Source of the DNA: a bacterium | GTDB taxonomy: Bacteria; UBA10199; 2-02-FULL-44-16; JAAZCA01 | NCBI GenBank assembly: GCA_963674695.2 | Contig: CAXXGI010000001.1 | Coordinates: 160,001 to 224,000 of the forward strand | Direction: 5' to 3' | DNA length: 64,000 nt | In this document: one piece after another, positions 47,921 to 58,716 of the stretch | How positions within the stretch are numbered: the stretch's first letter is position 1 | Layout of the letters: each line of letters opens with the position of its first letter | The notes under the pieces: generated by a model | The model's input: only the letters and a program-made list of their open reading frames with translations | The model's database searches: none | What the model was told of the DNA's origin: nothing | Translations under genes and position numbers: made by a program

Positions 47921-48586
47921 TCACCTCGTCACGTGAATATTCTCGATCATCCAATCGACATCGCGCTGGTCGCGTGACTGCACATCGGCGACGATGCGTA
48001 TGACCACGCCGAGTTCCTCGTCGGTGAAGTAGTAGAGTTTCTTCGTGCCATCCGAGCCGGCATACCCCTTGAGCGCCAGCGTCTCGAATGACTCGAACCC
48101 GCCGCGCGGATACTCCTCGCGCGCCAGGGCCCAGAGATCGATCATGTTCAACCGCTGATGCTGAAGGTCGATCTCGACAGTGGACTGATTCGATCCGGAA
48201 CTCGTGAACGTGAACGCGCTGCGCTCATCCGAGCGCGCATCCGTGGCCATCGTCCAGTCCTTCGGATAACCGACGGTATACCCAAACCCTTCGATCTCAT
48301 ACCAGTTGTGCTCGGCATCCCCGGTCGTGGTGCCCGAGTCATCGTCGTCATCGGGAGGCGCGCCGGCCATATCGCTCCCATCCTCATCCCCCGCCTGCGG
48401 TGATTGGGGATCGCCCGCGGGAATGTCGCCCACTCCGCCCTGGTCGTCCGGTTCATCCTGGACCACGCCCGGCTTCTCGCACTCGCCGCCCGGACACCCG
48501 GTCTCGGTCACCCCGCTCTTACAGGGGCCGAAGGCGAGCAGACCGATAAGGAGAAAGGGAAGCAACAGAAGTGTCAGTCGATTCAT
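47921..48586 (-). CDS. Secreted hypothetical protein with acidic linker and PsbP-like C-terminus
   Basis: Hydrophobic N-terminus with Cys; GYTVGYPKDW motif. Confidence 0.6.
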   Translation of the reverse strand: MNRLTLLLLPFLLIGLLAFGPCKSGVTETGCPGGECEKPGVVQDEPDDQGGVGDIPAGDPQSPQAGDEDGSDMAGAPPDDDDDSGTTTGDAEHNWYEIEGFGYTVGYPKDWTMATDARSDERSAFTFTSSGSNQSTVEIDLQHQRLNMIDLWALAREEYPRGGFESFETLALKGYAGSDGTKKLYYFTDEELGVVIRIVADVQSRDQRDVDWMIENIHVTR

Positions 48587-48683
48587 AGATACCCTCCACA
48601 TTGATGAGTATAGCAGAAAAAAGCCCGTTCATCCTTATGTTGTTCCCGCGTGCCACGCCTGTCAATCCCGTTCACCCTCGCAT

Positions 48684-48754
48684 TGTCATTCCCGCGAAGG
48701 CGGGAATCTCGATTATCAGCGCACATCGAGATCCCCGCTTCCGCGGGGATGACA
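48684..48754. repeat. CGTC-type REP dimer
   Basis: TGTCATTCCCGCGAAGGCGGGAATC...GATCCCCGCTTCCGCGGGGATGACA. Confidence 0.85.
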
Positions 48755-48777
48755 AACAACGAATTAATTCCATGCAC

Positions 48778-49614
48778 TCACTCCCCACCCTGAACCGAAA
48801 CACGACTCAAGTTAAAGAGCTGCATGTTGAACTGATAGACCGCGTCGGCCGCATTCTCCTCGGCCAGAAAGCCGGAGAGCGTCGAGCGAAATTCGCGGAT
48901 CATCGTGCGCGCGGCATCGAGTTTCTCGCGCGAGACGGCGAAGGTGACCGAACCGACCTCACGCTGCGCATAGGGCAGATCTTCGATCGTCGCGGCGGCG
49001 CGCTCGATCATCTCGCGCTGATAGTTGCTCATGGCCAGCGACATCACCGCATCGCCGCTGGAGATATGCCGTGTGCGCTGCACGAGTTTGCCCTTCGCAT
49101 CGCGATCGATGAGCCCCAGCTCCAGCAATAGGTCGATCGCCTCACGCGCCTCGCGCGGCGTGATGTTCGGAACGATGTGCCGTGCGATCCATTCCGGATC
49201 CTCCTGAAAATCGGCGAGCAAAATCATCTCGCGGATAACCGGCACATACCAGCGCGAGTAGTATTCGAACTGCCCGTGTTCCAGGCGATGGACCTCGGCG
49301 TATTTTCGATTCGCCGCGATGCGCTCGTAGTAGATGTTGCGTTCGGCGTCGGTCTTGGCCTGATCGAAGAGGACGAGGTTTTCGAAGAAGAGCGACTCGT
49401 CCCGCTTGAGCTTGAGCGCGCGCGCCACCTTCTGCACGCCCGCGATCGAGAGGTTGCGTTTGCCCTGCATGACCAGGTGCACGAAGTTCGACGAGGCAAA
49501 CCCGGCCTGCCGCGCGAACGCGCGATGCGAAAACCCACGCCGTTCACGCTTGAGCTCCACAAACGCGTCGCGCAAAAACTGCCGATAATCCCGATAGGCA
49601 AAGACGTTCACCAT
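48778..49614 (-). CDS. TIGR02147-family protein (N-terminal HTH-like region, DUF4423)
   Basis: VFAYRDYRQFL...FSHRAFARQAGFASS..V..V.QGKRNLS; YYSRWY.PVIRE; VYQFNMQLF. Confidence 0.85.
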   Translation of the reverse strand: MVNVFAYRDYRQFLRDAFVELKRERRGFSHRAFARQAGFASSNFVHLVMQGKRNLSIAGVQKVARALKLKRDESLFFENLVLFDQAKTDAERNIYYERIAANRKYAEVHRLEHGQFEYYSRWYVPVIREMILLADFQEDPEWIARHIVPNITPREAREAIDLLLELGLIDRDAKGKLVQRTRHISSGDAVMSLAMSNYQREMIERAAATIEDLPYAQREVGSVTFAVSREKLDAARTMIREFRSTLSGFLAEENAADAVYQFNMQLFNLSRVSVQGGE

Positions 49615-49631
49615 TGCCGCCTCCACTTCTA

Positions 49632-49658
49632 TTATCGTCTGGTCGCACCCAGAAGTTG
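49632..49658 (-). promoter_or_regulatory. CAAC-N17-CGATAA motif (sigma28-like)
   Basis: Minus strand TCAACTTCTGGGTGCGACCAGACGATAA. Confidence 0.5.
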
Positions 49659-49859
49659 ACCAATACTTTCTTTTTCTGTGTTCTGTTCGTATTCGCGTCA
49701 ATCATCACGAGTATAGCACCTCATTGCCATCATTGGCACCACAATATTGCTCGTATCGTTATTTCTACTTTATTATCGAATAGTTATACGGAATCCCCCG
49801 CAAGACGGAGCACATCCATTCCGTGTTCTTCAAAGAACACACTTCTTCCATTTACTACG

Positions 49860-49886
49860 CAACATGGAACACCCATCTGCCGATAA
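49860..49886 (+). promoter_or_regulatory. CAAC-N17-CGATAA motif (sigma28-like)
   Basis: CGCAACATGGAACACCCATCTGCCGATAA. Confidence 0.55.
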
Positions 49887-49923
49887 CACTAGAGAGAACA
49901 CGGAACACAACTGGAGGCCGGAT

Positions 49924-51108
49924 ATGAAGAAAATCAGCGCACTCATCATTATGATCATCGCCATCGCCCTCGTTGGATGCAGTGGATCGAGCAATCCGGA
50001 CGTTATCGTCGATCCCACCTTCGATACCGATGCGGATGAAATCGTCGACATCGAAGACAACTGCCCCGATATCGCCAATGCCGATCAGGAGGATACAGAC
50101 AACGACGGCGTCGGCGATGCGTGTGATGAATGCCCCGGCATCAATGAAATATATATCTCTGATAACACCGGTGAAATCATCACATACGCTGAATGTTTCA
50201 TTTATGCTGACGATGCTCCGATCCACGCCTTCATCTGTTCCCCAAGGGATGGTGTGAAGGATGGATGTTCCGGCGATCCAGACCAATGCACGATCGGCCA
50301 GTGGGAGGGAGACCTCTGTCAGTGCGTAAACAATGGTCGCGGACACGGCTCCTGGCTCTGCGCTGACCCCATTCCCCCTGATGCCGACGGCGACAGCATT
50401 ACCGACAGCATGGACAACTGCCCCGCGTTTGCCAACCCGGATCAGGAAGACACCGACTTAGACGGCGTGGGCGACGCCTGCGACGCCTGCCCCGTGGGGG
50501 TCATCGATGGCACCATCCCGGAACCGACGAGAGACGGATATCGAAATTTAAGTCGGGTTCAGGCCAAATTCGTCAGCGGTACGCTGGAGTTTACGACGAA
50601 CGTGGTAGCGTATGTAAGCCCCCGCGCGGTTGACTCCTCTCTGAACTCATATCTTGAACTCACATCGTCATTAAGACGCAACAATGATCGCTTCTCCTGG
50701 GGCGGACATAATTCAGAACTGTTCTTCGATGAACCAATAGAAGATGCATTCCGCAACCTTCTCCTTAATGCGGCCATGCCCCCAATGCACACAATGGCAA
50801 CGGCCAAGACAACACCGGTCTCCCCTCCCGCCCCCACAATGGCAAGACCCGTCCTCCTGCTCATCAATGATGTGGACATCGAACCGGATCTGATCTGTGG
50901 AAATGGTTGGTGTGATCCTCCCTATTTCCCGAGCATGACCGCCCCCAGCACCGACTCCGTCACGATCCTCACCGACGGCTGTGCGGAGCTCGAAAACCGC
51001 TGCGCACCCGGTTCGGCATCCTTTACCGACAGCTCACTGGGGCACTGCACCTGCCGCGTACGTGAAGGCGGCACTGACAGCAGCTGGTCCTGCTGGGTCC
51101 CGGATTGA
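49924..51108 (+). CDS. Cys-rich lipoprotein with thrombospondin type-3 repeats
   Basis: ALVGC lipobox; two DNCP..AN.DQEDTD.DGVGDACD.CP units; two C.C...G....W.C modules. Confidence 0.75.
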   Translation: MKKISALIIMIIAIALVGCSGSSNPDVIVDPTFDTDADEIVDIEDNCPDIANADQEDTDNDGVGDACDECPGINEIYISDNTGEIITYAECFIYADDAPIHAFICSPRDGVKDGCSGDPDQCTIGQWEGDLCQCVNNGRGHGSWLCADPIPPDADGDSITDSMDNCPAFANPDQEDTDLDGVGDACDACPVGVIDGTIPEPTRDGYRNLSRVQAKFVSGTLEFTTNVVAYVSPRAVDSSLNSYLELTSSLRRNNDRFSWGGHNSELFFDEPIEDAFRNLLLNAAMPPMHTMATAKTTPVSPPAPTMARPVLLLINDVDIEPDLICGNGWCDPPYFPSMTAPSTDSVTILTDGCAELENRCAPGSASFTDSSLGHCTCRVREGGTDSSWSCWVPD

Positions 51109-51152
51109 GCCGCATGCTCAATATTGAACGCACACTAAAAGGAGACACGACT

Positions 51153-53489
51153 ATGAAAACGACCCGCACGAAGATAACGATTTTGGCAACGATCCTGGCC
51201 CTGGCGCTCGCAGCGTGTTCGAGCGGCGTGGGAAACGGCGGCAACGACCCTGATCCGCGGCCGCACCCCACTCCGAACGATGATACCGGACGGCTTCTGA
51301 CCGAGGCGATCGACCTCTCGGCCATGTCCGCGGCCGATGCCTTCTCGCGCTTCTATACGCTCGACGCGCTCGATGTGGAGCTGAAAGTCCCCGGGTTTGC
51401 GCTGCCGCTACGCACAACCGAGATCGCCAACTTCGATGACGTCGCCGCAAAGATCGATCTCGGCGTGGGGCAGGAGCTGCTCCTGCACAACGGCTTCGCC
51501 GTGCGTCCCAATCCCTTCGATGAAAAGGAGGAGGATATCGTCGCGATGTACAAGACGCTGCGCACGAAAGAGATCCCGCTCTTCGTGACGGTCGATTCGC
51601 TCCTGCACCTCTATCACATCCAGTTCGACGAGACGCTGCGCCAGATCGAGGAGCGCATCTTCTATGCCGACCTCTTCGAGATCAGCAAAGTGATGATGGA
51701 GAATCACCTCTCGATGATGGCTGGCACCACCGGAGACGAGGCGACCCAACACCGCATGGCCGCGACGTTTTTCGCCGTAGCCCTGAGCATGCTTGAACCG
51801 CAGGCGAATCAGGTCTGCCGGGGTGAACCCTGGGAGTGCGATGACGGCCTCTTCGAGGCGGAAGAGGAAGTGACCTTCGCGGTCGACATCCCCACATCGC
51901 TCGCCCAAGGGGTCGCCGCCGAACGCGAGCTGATCGACGCGCACCGCGGTTTCGTCCCCTCGCCATTGATGACGTACAAGGAGGACTATTCGCAGTACGT
52001 CCCGCGCGGACACTACACCCGTTCGGAGAAGCTCAAGAACTACTTCCGCGCGATGATGTGGATGGGGCGGATCACCTTCCGCCTCCATCCCGATTCCGAG
52101 ACGGCGACCGAGGGCGTCACCGAAGCGATCGCCCAGCAGCAGACGCGCACGGCGGTCGCGATCACCCGCGCGCTACAGGGAAACCTCGACCTCCTGCACA
52201 AATGGAAACGAATCGAGCGAATCACCGGTTTTTATGTGGGACACGCTGACGATCTGGACATCAACGACTATGATGCGGCGATCACATCGGCAACGAACAG
52301 CGGCACGCTCGACATCGAAGCACTGCGCGCGGATCTCGATGTGCGCAACGATTCGCGCATCGGCAGCGGACAGGGGGAGTGCACGGTGAATCCGGGCGGC
52401 GATGCAAACGCGCAGTATGAAGCATGCCTCAATCGTCTGGCGGGCCTGCGCCTCTTCGGCCAGAAGTTCGTGCCGGATTCCTATTACTTCCAGAATCTCG
52501 TCTCACACGACGCGCGCCCCGAGGCCGTCGACGCATTCACGTATGTGCCGACGCAAGTGGGACCGATCCGCGGCTTCCCGCGCGGTCTGGACGTGATGTC
52601 GCTGCTCGGTTCGGACGTCGCGCGCACGATCCTCAGTGAGACGAACGACGATGCCTACGACGGATACGATGAGGCGCATGGCGATCTCACCGACGAGATC
52701 GACGCCTACTCTGCCTTGGAATGGAACCAGAATCTCTACTGGAGCTGGCTCTTCGGCCTCAAACCCCTGCTCAAGGAGTTCGGCGCGGGCTATCCGACCG
52801 CGATGCAGACGGACGCCTGGGCGCGCAAGAGCATGACCGGGGCGCTCGCCTCCTGGGCCGCGCTGCGCCACGACACGATCCTCTATGCCAAACAGAGCTA
52901 TACGGGTGGCGCAACCAGTTGTGGCCCCGGTTGCGAAGGGGAAACCCCTCCCCCCGTGCGCGGCTATGTGGAGCCGGTGCCAGAAGCCTACAACCGCCTG
53001 CTGGCCATCGCCCGGATGACGCGCCTGGGACTCGAATCGATGGAGGTCCTCGACGAATTCGGCACCGCCAGGCTCGAAAAACTCGAGGAGATCCTCGCAC
53101 GACTCGTCTCGATCTCTGTGCGCGAATTGGAAAACGAGGAGCTCACCGAAGAGGACTACGACTTCATCAAGTCCTTCGGCACGAAGGTCGAGGGCGTCAT
53201 TGCTGGTGTCACCGAAAAGGCGAAGAAGACGACGATCGTCGCGGACGTCCACACCGACGGAAACACAGCGAAGGTCCTCGAAGAAGGCCTGGGCTATGTC
53301 GACATGATCACGGTCGCCTATCGCCTCCCCGACGGCCGCGTCCTCGTGGGCGCGGGCCCGGTGACGAGCTACTACGAGTTCAAGCACCCGATGAGCGACC
53401 GCCTCACCGACGAAGCCTGGCGCACAATGCTCGAACGCAACGCTCCCGATCGCCCCGAGTGGTTTTCCGATTTCGGTGTGACGCGGTAA
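51153..53489 (+). CDS. DUF3160-domain lipoprotein
   Basis: LAAC lipobox; EDYSQYVPRGHYTRSEKLKNYFRAMMW, LASWAALRHDTILYAKQ, GYVEPVPE, RLTDEAW. Confidence 0.88.
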   Translation: MKTTRTKITILATILALALAACSSGVGNGGNDPDPRPHPTPNDDTGRLLTEAIDLSAMSAADAFSRFYTLDALDVELKVPGFALPLRTTEIANFDDVAAKIDLGVGQELLLHNGFAVRPNPFDEKEEDIVAMYKTLRTKEIPLFVTVDSLLHLYHIQFDETLRQIEERIFYADLFEISKVMMENHLSMMAGTTGDEATQHRMAATFFAVALSMLEPQANQVCRGEPWECDDGLFEAEEEVTFAVDIPTSLAQGVAAERELIDAHRGFVPSPLMTYKEDYSQYVPRGHYTRSEKLKNYFRAMMWMGRITFRLHPDSETATEGVTEAIAQQQTRTAVAITRALQGNLDLLHKWKRIERITGFYVGHADDLDINDYDAAITSATNSGTLDIEALRADLDVRNDSRIGSGQGECTVNPGGDANAQYEACLNRLAGLRLFGQKFVPDSYYFQNLVSHDARPEAVDAFTYVPTQVGPIRGFPRGLDVMSLLGSDVARTILSETNDDAYDGYDEAHGDLTDEIDAYSALEWNQNLYWSWLFGLKPLLKEFGAGYPTAMQTDAWARKSMTGALASWAALRHDTILYAKQSYTGGATSCGPGCEGETPPPVRGYVEPVPEAYNRLLAIARMTRLGLESMEVLDEFGTARLEKLEEILARLVSISVRELENEELTEEDYDFIKSFGTKVEGVIAGVTEKAKKTTIVADVHTDGNTAKVLEEGLGYVDMITVAYRLPDGRVLVGAGPVTSYYEFKHPMSDRLTDEAWRTMLERNAPDRPEWFSDFGVTR

Positions 53490-53491
53490 AG

Positions 53492-53519
53492 CCGTGACAC
53501 GTAACACGTGAACCGTGAC
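53492..53519. repeat. Heptamer tandem repeat x4
   Basis: ccgtgac acgtaac acgtgaa ccgtgac. Confidence 0.65.
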
Positions 53520-53558
53520 CATAAAAACACGACTGATCACTTCATTATGACAACACAC

Positions 53559-53767
53559 GGGATCCTTCGCTTCGCCCCGAACCACATGGTTCGGGGCGAA
53601 ACTTGAGGATGACAGGAGTGGAGAGATGGCTTGAGTCGGTGCTTTCGGGGAGGGGGGTAAGTGCCTGGCGACGCTTTGGCCGGAGTCGTATGACGATCGA
53701 AAAAACCGATGCCGCGCATGGCAGGGCTCTCAATCGAGATCCCCGATTCAAGCACTCGGGGATGACA
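53559..53767. repeat. Two half CGTC-type REP elements
   Basis: GGATCCTTCG[GCCCCGAACCACATGGTTCGGGGC]...GGATGACA and GAGATCCCCGATTCAAGCACTCGGGGATGACA. Confidence 0.65.
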
Positions 53768-54163
53768 AAGATGGAGGAAAGACGGGGATAGTCTGCAAAC
53801 GATAGGTCTACGGCATCATCTGCTGCCAGGTGGTGAGGGATTTGAGTTCGACCTTGGTGGGGTCGATCGATGACACCGCACCTCAGCCATACTACCCAAC
53901 AGCAAAATCCCGGACGGGTTGGCTTTCAGTCCAACCCACGCATTCATTTCAAACGTCAATTTATCCATCGACGCGTCACTTTCAACCCATCAACCACCTT
54001 TTCATACAACAATTTGAAATAATTAACATTTTCCCATAAACCACACAAAAGACACTGCAATGCAGCGTTTATATCGTATTTTTCCACCCCCCTTCCTTGA
54101 ATATTCGGAGACCAAAATCAACTATTTCACAATTATATTAAGGACTTATAAAAGCTGATCTTC

Positions 54164-54179
54164 AGGCACAGCCCTTGCA
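54164..54179 (+). promoter_or_regulatory. Putative sigma54 promoter with upstream IHF-like site
   Basis: AGGCACAGCCCTTGCA = GG-N10-GC; AATCAACTATTTC at 54116-54128 in an AT-rich upstream region. Confidence 0.55.
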
Positions 54180-54203
54180 TAACAATAGAGTAGAGGTATT
54201 TTT

Positions 54204-57200
54204 ATGCGTTACCAGTCGACCCATCGTTGGATTGGGAAGGTTGACGTCTGCGCCCTCCTTCTGCTCGCATTGGCGAGCCTGCTCGTCGGTCTCTCTCCCG
54301 CATGGGCCGCCGATGTCACGATCGACGCCGACACGACTATAAGCGACGGCAGTTGCGACAACTCGGGCGACGACGTGACGATCGATGGCGGCGTCACGGT
54401 GACGTTGAGCTGCCCTGCACCAAACGGCTGGCAGGTTGGATCCCTCACGATCAACGGAACCGTCACGCACGCCGCAGAGGACGCCGACGGCGCCTTCATA
54501 AACGCAACAGGAACGGTGATCGTAAACGATGACGGTATCGACGTCACCGGCAAGGGGTGTCGGGGCGGGCAGGATCGCGTACACGGATGGACGTTCAGCG
54601 GCGGTTCCTGTGGAGCGGATGCCGACTGTGACGCCGGCCGCTGTTTGGCCGGTCAATCCTGCGGCGCGACGGACAAGTACCTCAAGCCCGCCGGCGGCGG
54701 CGGACACGGCGGCTGGGGCGGCGATTCCATCGGAACCTACAATTACGGAGAGGCAGACAACGGTCATGGCGGCATTGCGTTCGGCGATTCGCTCGAACCG
54801 GAATCGCTGGGCGCCGGCGGCGGCGGATGCAGCACGACCATTCTCGGCGGAAACGGCGGCGGTATGGTCCGCATCGCGGCGGCCACCGTCACCTTGAGCG
54901 ATCACGCCATCGCGGCCGACGGCGATGACGGCAACATCTCCGACCATGTCGGCAATGCCGGCTCAGGTGCGGGCGCCGGCGGCAGCGTCTGGATTGATGT
55001 CGGCACCCTCTCGGGCAGCGGATACATCACCGCTAACGGCGGTATCGGTGGGGACGGATACGACAGCGGTCCGAGCCGATGGAACCGCGGCGGTGGCGGC
55101 GGTGGCGGCGGACGAATCGCCATCCATTACGACAACAAGTCAGCCTTCAGCGGTTTCGACAACACCGAGGCGGCGGGTGGGCGAGCGGCCATCGGCCTAT
55201 GCGTCAACGGCGCCACCTGGACATGCGACACCGACACCTACAGCTATGCCGGCGCCGAAGAGGGACAGGCGGGAACCGTCGTCTATCTCAAGAACGACAA
55301 CTCGCTCGCAGAGGTGAAGAATGGATTCGACATCTCATCTCCGCCCTTTGCCGTCACGACGCTCAACATCCACGGCAACGCCCGCATCGTTGCAACCGCC
55401 GCAACGCCCGACGGCCAAAAGACGCTCGACGTAGACACCCTCACCCTCATAGGCAATACGGACAAGATCGTGGTCAGCTGCAACGACGCCGGCTACGATA
55501 TGGTCATCGATGTGGAAAACGGCATCGACCTCAACGATTTTCAGCTGGAGAACGAGTACCACCTGTATCGATATTATTACTATTCAGGCACTCTCTACAA
55601 TCATCTCCATTACTTCGACGACTACTACTGCAACGACATCGACGTTACGACGACCGTCTCCGACACAGTTCTCGACGGCTTCAGCGTTCGTGCCTACGGA
55701 AATATCACGTTCGATATTGGAGAGACCCTCATCTTCAGGGGAAGCACCATCAGAACTTACGGCAATGCGAAATCCATCGACATCGAAAACGCCGCCTCCA
55801 TCACGCTCACGGGCGACGAGGGAGACCCAACGACCGACCCGTCCACCATCCTTGGAGGTGCTGACTGGACGGCCGACAACCTCACGATCGACTCCGGCAG
55901 TTCCATCAATGCCACCGGAAAGGGGTACGCGGGCGGCGTGAACCCGGGCGGCGGTGCCGACGGATACGGCGCCGACATCGACGACGACTCTGTCTCAGAC
56001 GCAGGATCCGCGGCCGGCGGCGGGCAGCAGGGATATGCGCTCACACGAATGGGCGGCGGCGGAGCCGGATGCGGGGCCGGCGGAAACGGGTACAACAGAA
56101 GCGACCCCTACGGAACCGGCGGAACGGATATGAACACCGTCCTGGAACTGGTCGCACTGGACCATGAATCGCCCACCTATCCGGGCGGCGGCGGCGGTTC
56201 GGGCGGCGGCGGTTCGGGCGGAAACGCCGGAAACGGCGGCGGCGTGGTCACGCTGGAAATCACCGGCACCTTTGAACTCGACGGACAGGTCATCGCAGAC
56301 GGGGCGGACGGCAGCAGCTCCGGAAACGGCGGCGGCGGTGGAGGCGGCGGCGGAAGCGTCTGGATCACCGCAGGCGAATTCAACGGCAGCGGTTCGGTCC
56401 AGGCAAACGGCGGCGACGGCGCAGCCGGAACCGACAACCATGGCGGCGCGGGAGGCGGTGCTGGCTTCATGCGCGTTCACTACGGCAGCGGCGCATTCGA
56501 CGTGGACAACGACGTCACGAACGACCCCGGCGCTTGCGGCGGCAACGATGACTGCAACTCCGCAGCGGATGCGTGCAGCGCTCCCGCCGACGTTCGCATC
56601 GATGAGGACCCGACGCTTCTCAACCAAGCACCGGTTGCAAGCGCAGGTGACGACGAAACGGTCGACCCCGCCGCGCTCTCGCTCGACGGAACGGGAAGTT
56701 CGGATGCGGACGTGGGCGACGTACTCACCTACGCCTGGACCTGCACCGCATGCCCGCAGGTGGACGACTGCGCCACGGCGATCGATCTCACGGATGCCGA
56801 CACATCCACGCCCGATTTCGACGGCTATCGCGCGGGCGTCTACACCTTCTCACTCGTCGTGAACGATGGATTGGAGGACAGCACGGCGGATACGGTTACG
56901 ATCACGGTGAACGACTCGGCTCCTGTCGTTGCAACGCCATCGGCAGCGATAGCAGATGACAGCGCCACCATGTCGGTCGATACCGATCCAGCAAACACCT
57001 ATGATCCAAATGATCCCGACGGCGACCTCGGCGCGATGACATATGCCTGGCAGTTCCTGAGCGGTCCCGGAGGTCCCTTCGATGAAGACGGACAGCGTCA
57101 GGGCAGCGACGCCGATACGGAAAACGTCGATCTCGACGGCACGGATACGTCCTCGGCAACCTTCCCTCTGCCGCACTGGTATGCTGCGGGCGATGTCTTC

Positions 57201-58712
57201 CATTTCCGTCTGACGGTCACCGACACCACCGGACAGACGACGACCAAAGACGTCGACGTCTCGATGACAAATTTCGATCCGATCATCGACGTCCTCACCA
57301 GCACACGTCAAAGCGAACTCGCACATCAATTGAGCTATGAGATCATCGACTACAACCGCGACGACGTCACCAATTCCTGGAGCGTAACCAGCGCCCCATC
57401 CGGCGCACAGTACACCATCACGAACGGACAATTCTCCGGCGATCGCGTCGGCAACTATATCATTCGACTCTCGTCGGACGACGGAGAAGGAGGGACGATA
57501 ACAAGGGATGTCACCGTTACCGTCGAAAACGTGGCCCCTGAAATCAGCGCAACGCTCGATACGGGAGAAAGTCGGATCACCCTTGCCTATACCGACGCCA
57601 ACCGCGACGCCGTCACGCTCGCGGCATCGCCCGTCGATCGTTCCGACGGCGAGGTGTTGAGCCTCACCGAGCTCAGCGATACCCAGTGGGAAATCGACGA
57701 CAGCCGGAGATATCGCCGCGGGTATTACGATGTCAATTTCGTGGGAACGGATGAAAACGGCGGAGCCGATACCATCACCGAACAATTCCTAATGCCGAAC
57801 AACGCGCCGGAGCTAACCGACATCGCGGCGACAGCAGGAGGGGAAACCCTCGATATCAGCGAGGAGGACGGTGCAACGCTCATCGCCAGCCCCGTCTACG
57901 GCAACATCGTCACCATCATGGTGGACGGCGACGACTACGACGCCGATGCACTCTCATTCGGTTGGAGCGCTTTGACCGACAGCATAACGTCACAGCTTTC
58001 CGCCATCGAGTTTTCCAAGGCAAAGTCGACTGAGGCAGACGACGTCGTCGCCGGATTCACATCGGTCCAGACCGATCCGGACGATCCGAGCAGATCGATC
58101 GTGGAATTCTTCTCAAAAGTCGCCGGAACGGTCGATATCCGCATGGACATGACGGACAATTTTGAAACGATCGTCGTCGCGGGCATTGCCGCAGATATCG
58201 CACCCGACACGACCACGCAGACGATCAAAGTTTCACAACCGATACCGAATGAGGAGGACATCGAGGACGATGTGCAGTTCGAAGTCACCTCGGTCGACGA
58301 AGGTACGGTTAAAGGAACGGTCACAACGCCAGTCGTCCCGTGCGTAGTGGTCAACGATGTGGACGCCGACATCAGCCACCAGAGTTCCAGCGTCTACACG
58401 AGCACGAACGGACTCAATTATGACCGCTACGGTTTTCAGGCCAACAACGTGCAGTATAATTCAGCGGGAGCACTCGACGTCGTCATCTGCACGTATGTCA
58501 ACGGCGAGAAGGTAACGCTCGTCGGCACACCGGGGGCGGAGGGCGATGGCCGCACCTACTACACCAACGAGTTCGCCGGCCAAATGATGTGCGCCTTCGT
58601 TCCCAATCGAGCGACAGCGCCCGCACCGCAAGCCATTGCACTGCTGGCACTCATGATCGCCGCAACCATCATCCCGATAGCGCGACTGCGCCGTTCCAAA
58701 CGAACTCGCTAG
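54204..58712 (+). CDS. Large secreted glycine-rich adhesin-like protein with PKD/Ig-like repeats and a C-terminal membrane sorting signal
   Basis: Signal peptide ending AWA; two GGxGGGG-rich blocks; NQAPVASAG..LDGTGSSD...LTYAW PKD-like domain; C-terminal Cys-linker-TM-RLRR. Confidence 0.8.
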   Translation: MRYQSTHRWIGKVDVCALLLLALASLLVGLSPAWAADVTIDADTTISDGSCDNSGDDVTIDGGVTVTLSCPAPNGWQVGSLTINGTVTHAAEDADGAFINATGTVIVNDDGIDVTGKGCRGGQDRVHGWTFSGGSCGADADCDAGRCLAGQSCGATDKYLKPAGGGGHGGWGGDSIGTYNYGEADNGHGGIAFGDSLEPESLGAGGGGCSTTILGGNGGGMVRIAAATVTLSDHAIAADGDDGNISDHVGNAGSGAGAGGSVWIDVGTLSGSGYITANGGIGGDGYDSGPSRWNRGGGGGGGGRIAIHYDNKSAFSGFDNTEAAGGRAAIGLCVNGATWTCDTDTYSYAGAEEGQAGTVVYLKNDNSLAEVKNGFDISSPPFAVTTLNIHGNARIVATAATPDGQKTLDVDTLTLIGNTDKIVVSCNDAGYDMVIDVENGIDLNDFQLENEYHLYRYYYYSGTLYNHLHYFDDYYCNDIDVTTTVSDTVLDGFSVRAYGNITFDIGETLIFRGSTIRTYGNAKSIDIENAASITLTGDEGDPTTDPSTILGGADWTADNLTIDSGSSINATGKGYAGGVNPGGGADGYGADIDDDSVSDAGSAAGGGQQGYALTRMGGGGAGCGAGGNGYNRSDPYGTGGTDMNTVLELVALDHESPTYPGGGGGSGGGGSGGNAGNGGGVVTLEITGTFELDGQVIADGADGSSSGNGGGGGGGGGSVWITAGEFNGSGSVQANGGDGAAGTDNHGGAGGGAGFMRVHYGSGAFDVDNDVTNDPGACGGNDDCNSAADACSAPADVRIDEDPTLLNQAPVASAGDDETVDPAALSLDGTGSSDADVGDVLTYAWTCTACPQVDDCATAIDLTDADTSTPDFDGYRAGVYTFSLVVNDGLEDSTADTVTITVNDSAPVVATPSAAIADDSATMSVDTDPANTYDPNDPDGDLGAMTYAWQFLSGPGGPFDEDGQRQGSDADTENVDLDGTDTSSATFPLPHWYAAGDVFHFRLTVTDTTGQTTTKDVDVSMTNFDPIIDVLTSTRQSELAHQLSYEIIDYNRDDVTNSWSVTSAPSGAQYTITNGQFSGDRVGNYIIRLSSDDGEGGTITRDVTVTVENVAPEISATLDTGESRITLAYTDANRDAVTLAASPVDRSDGEVLSLTELSDTQWEIDDSRRYRRGYYDVNFVGTDENGGADTITEQFLMPNNAPELTDIAATAGGETLDISEEDGATLIASPVYGNIVTIMVDGDDYDADALSFGWSALTDSITSQLSAIEFSKAKSTEADDVVAGFTSVQTDPDDPSRSIVEFFSKVAGTVDIRMDMTDNFETIVVAGIAADIAPDTTTQTIKVSQPIPNEEDIEDDVQFEVTSVDEGTVKGTVTTPVVPCVVVNDVDADISHQSSSVYTSTNGLNYDRYGFQANNVQYNSAGALDVVICTYVNGEKVTLVGTPGAEGDGRTYYTNEFAGQMMCAFVPNRATAPAPQAIALLALMIAATIIPIARLRRSKRTR

Positions 58713-58716
58713 GCAA

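Noticed and set aside
49733-49750. sigma54 site TGGCAC...TTGC
   Set aside because: GG-to-GC spacing is 12 nt rather than the required 10
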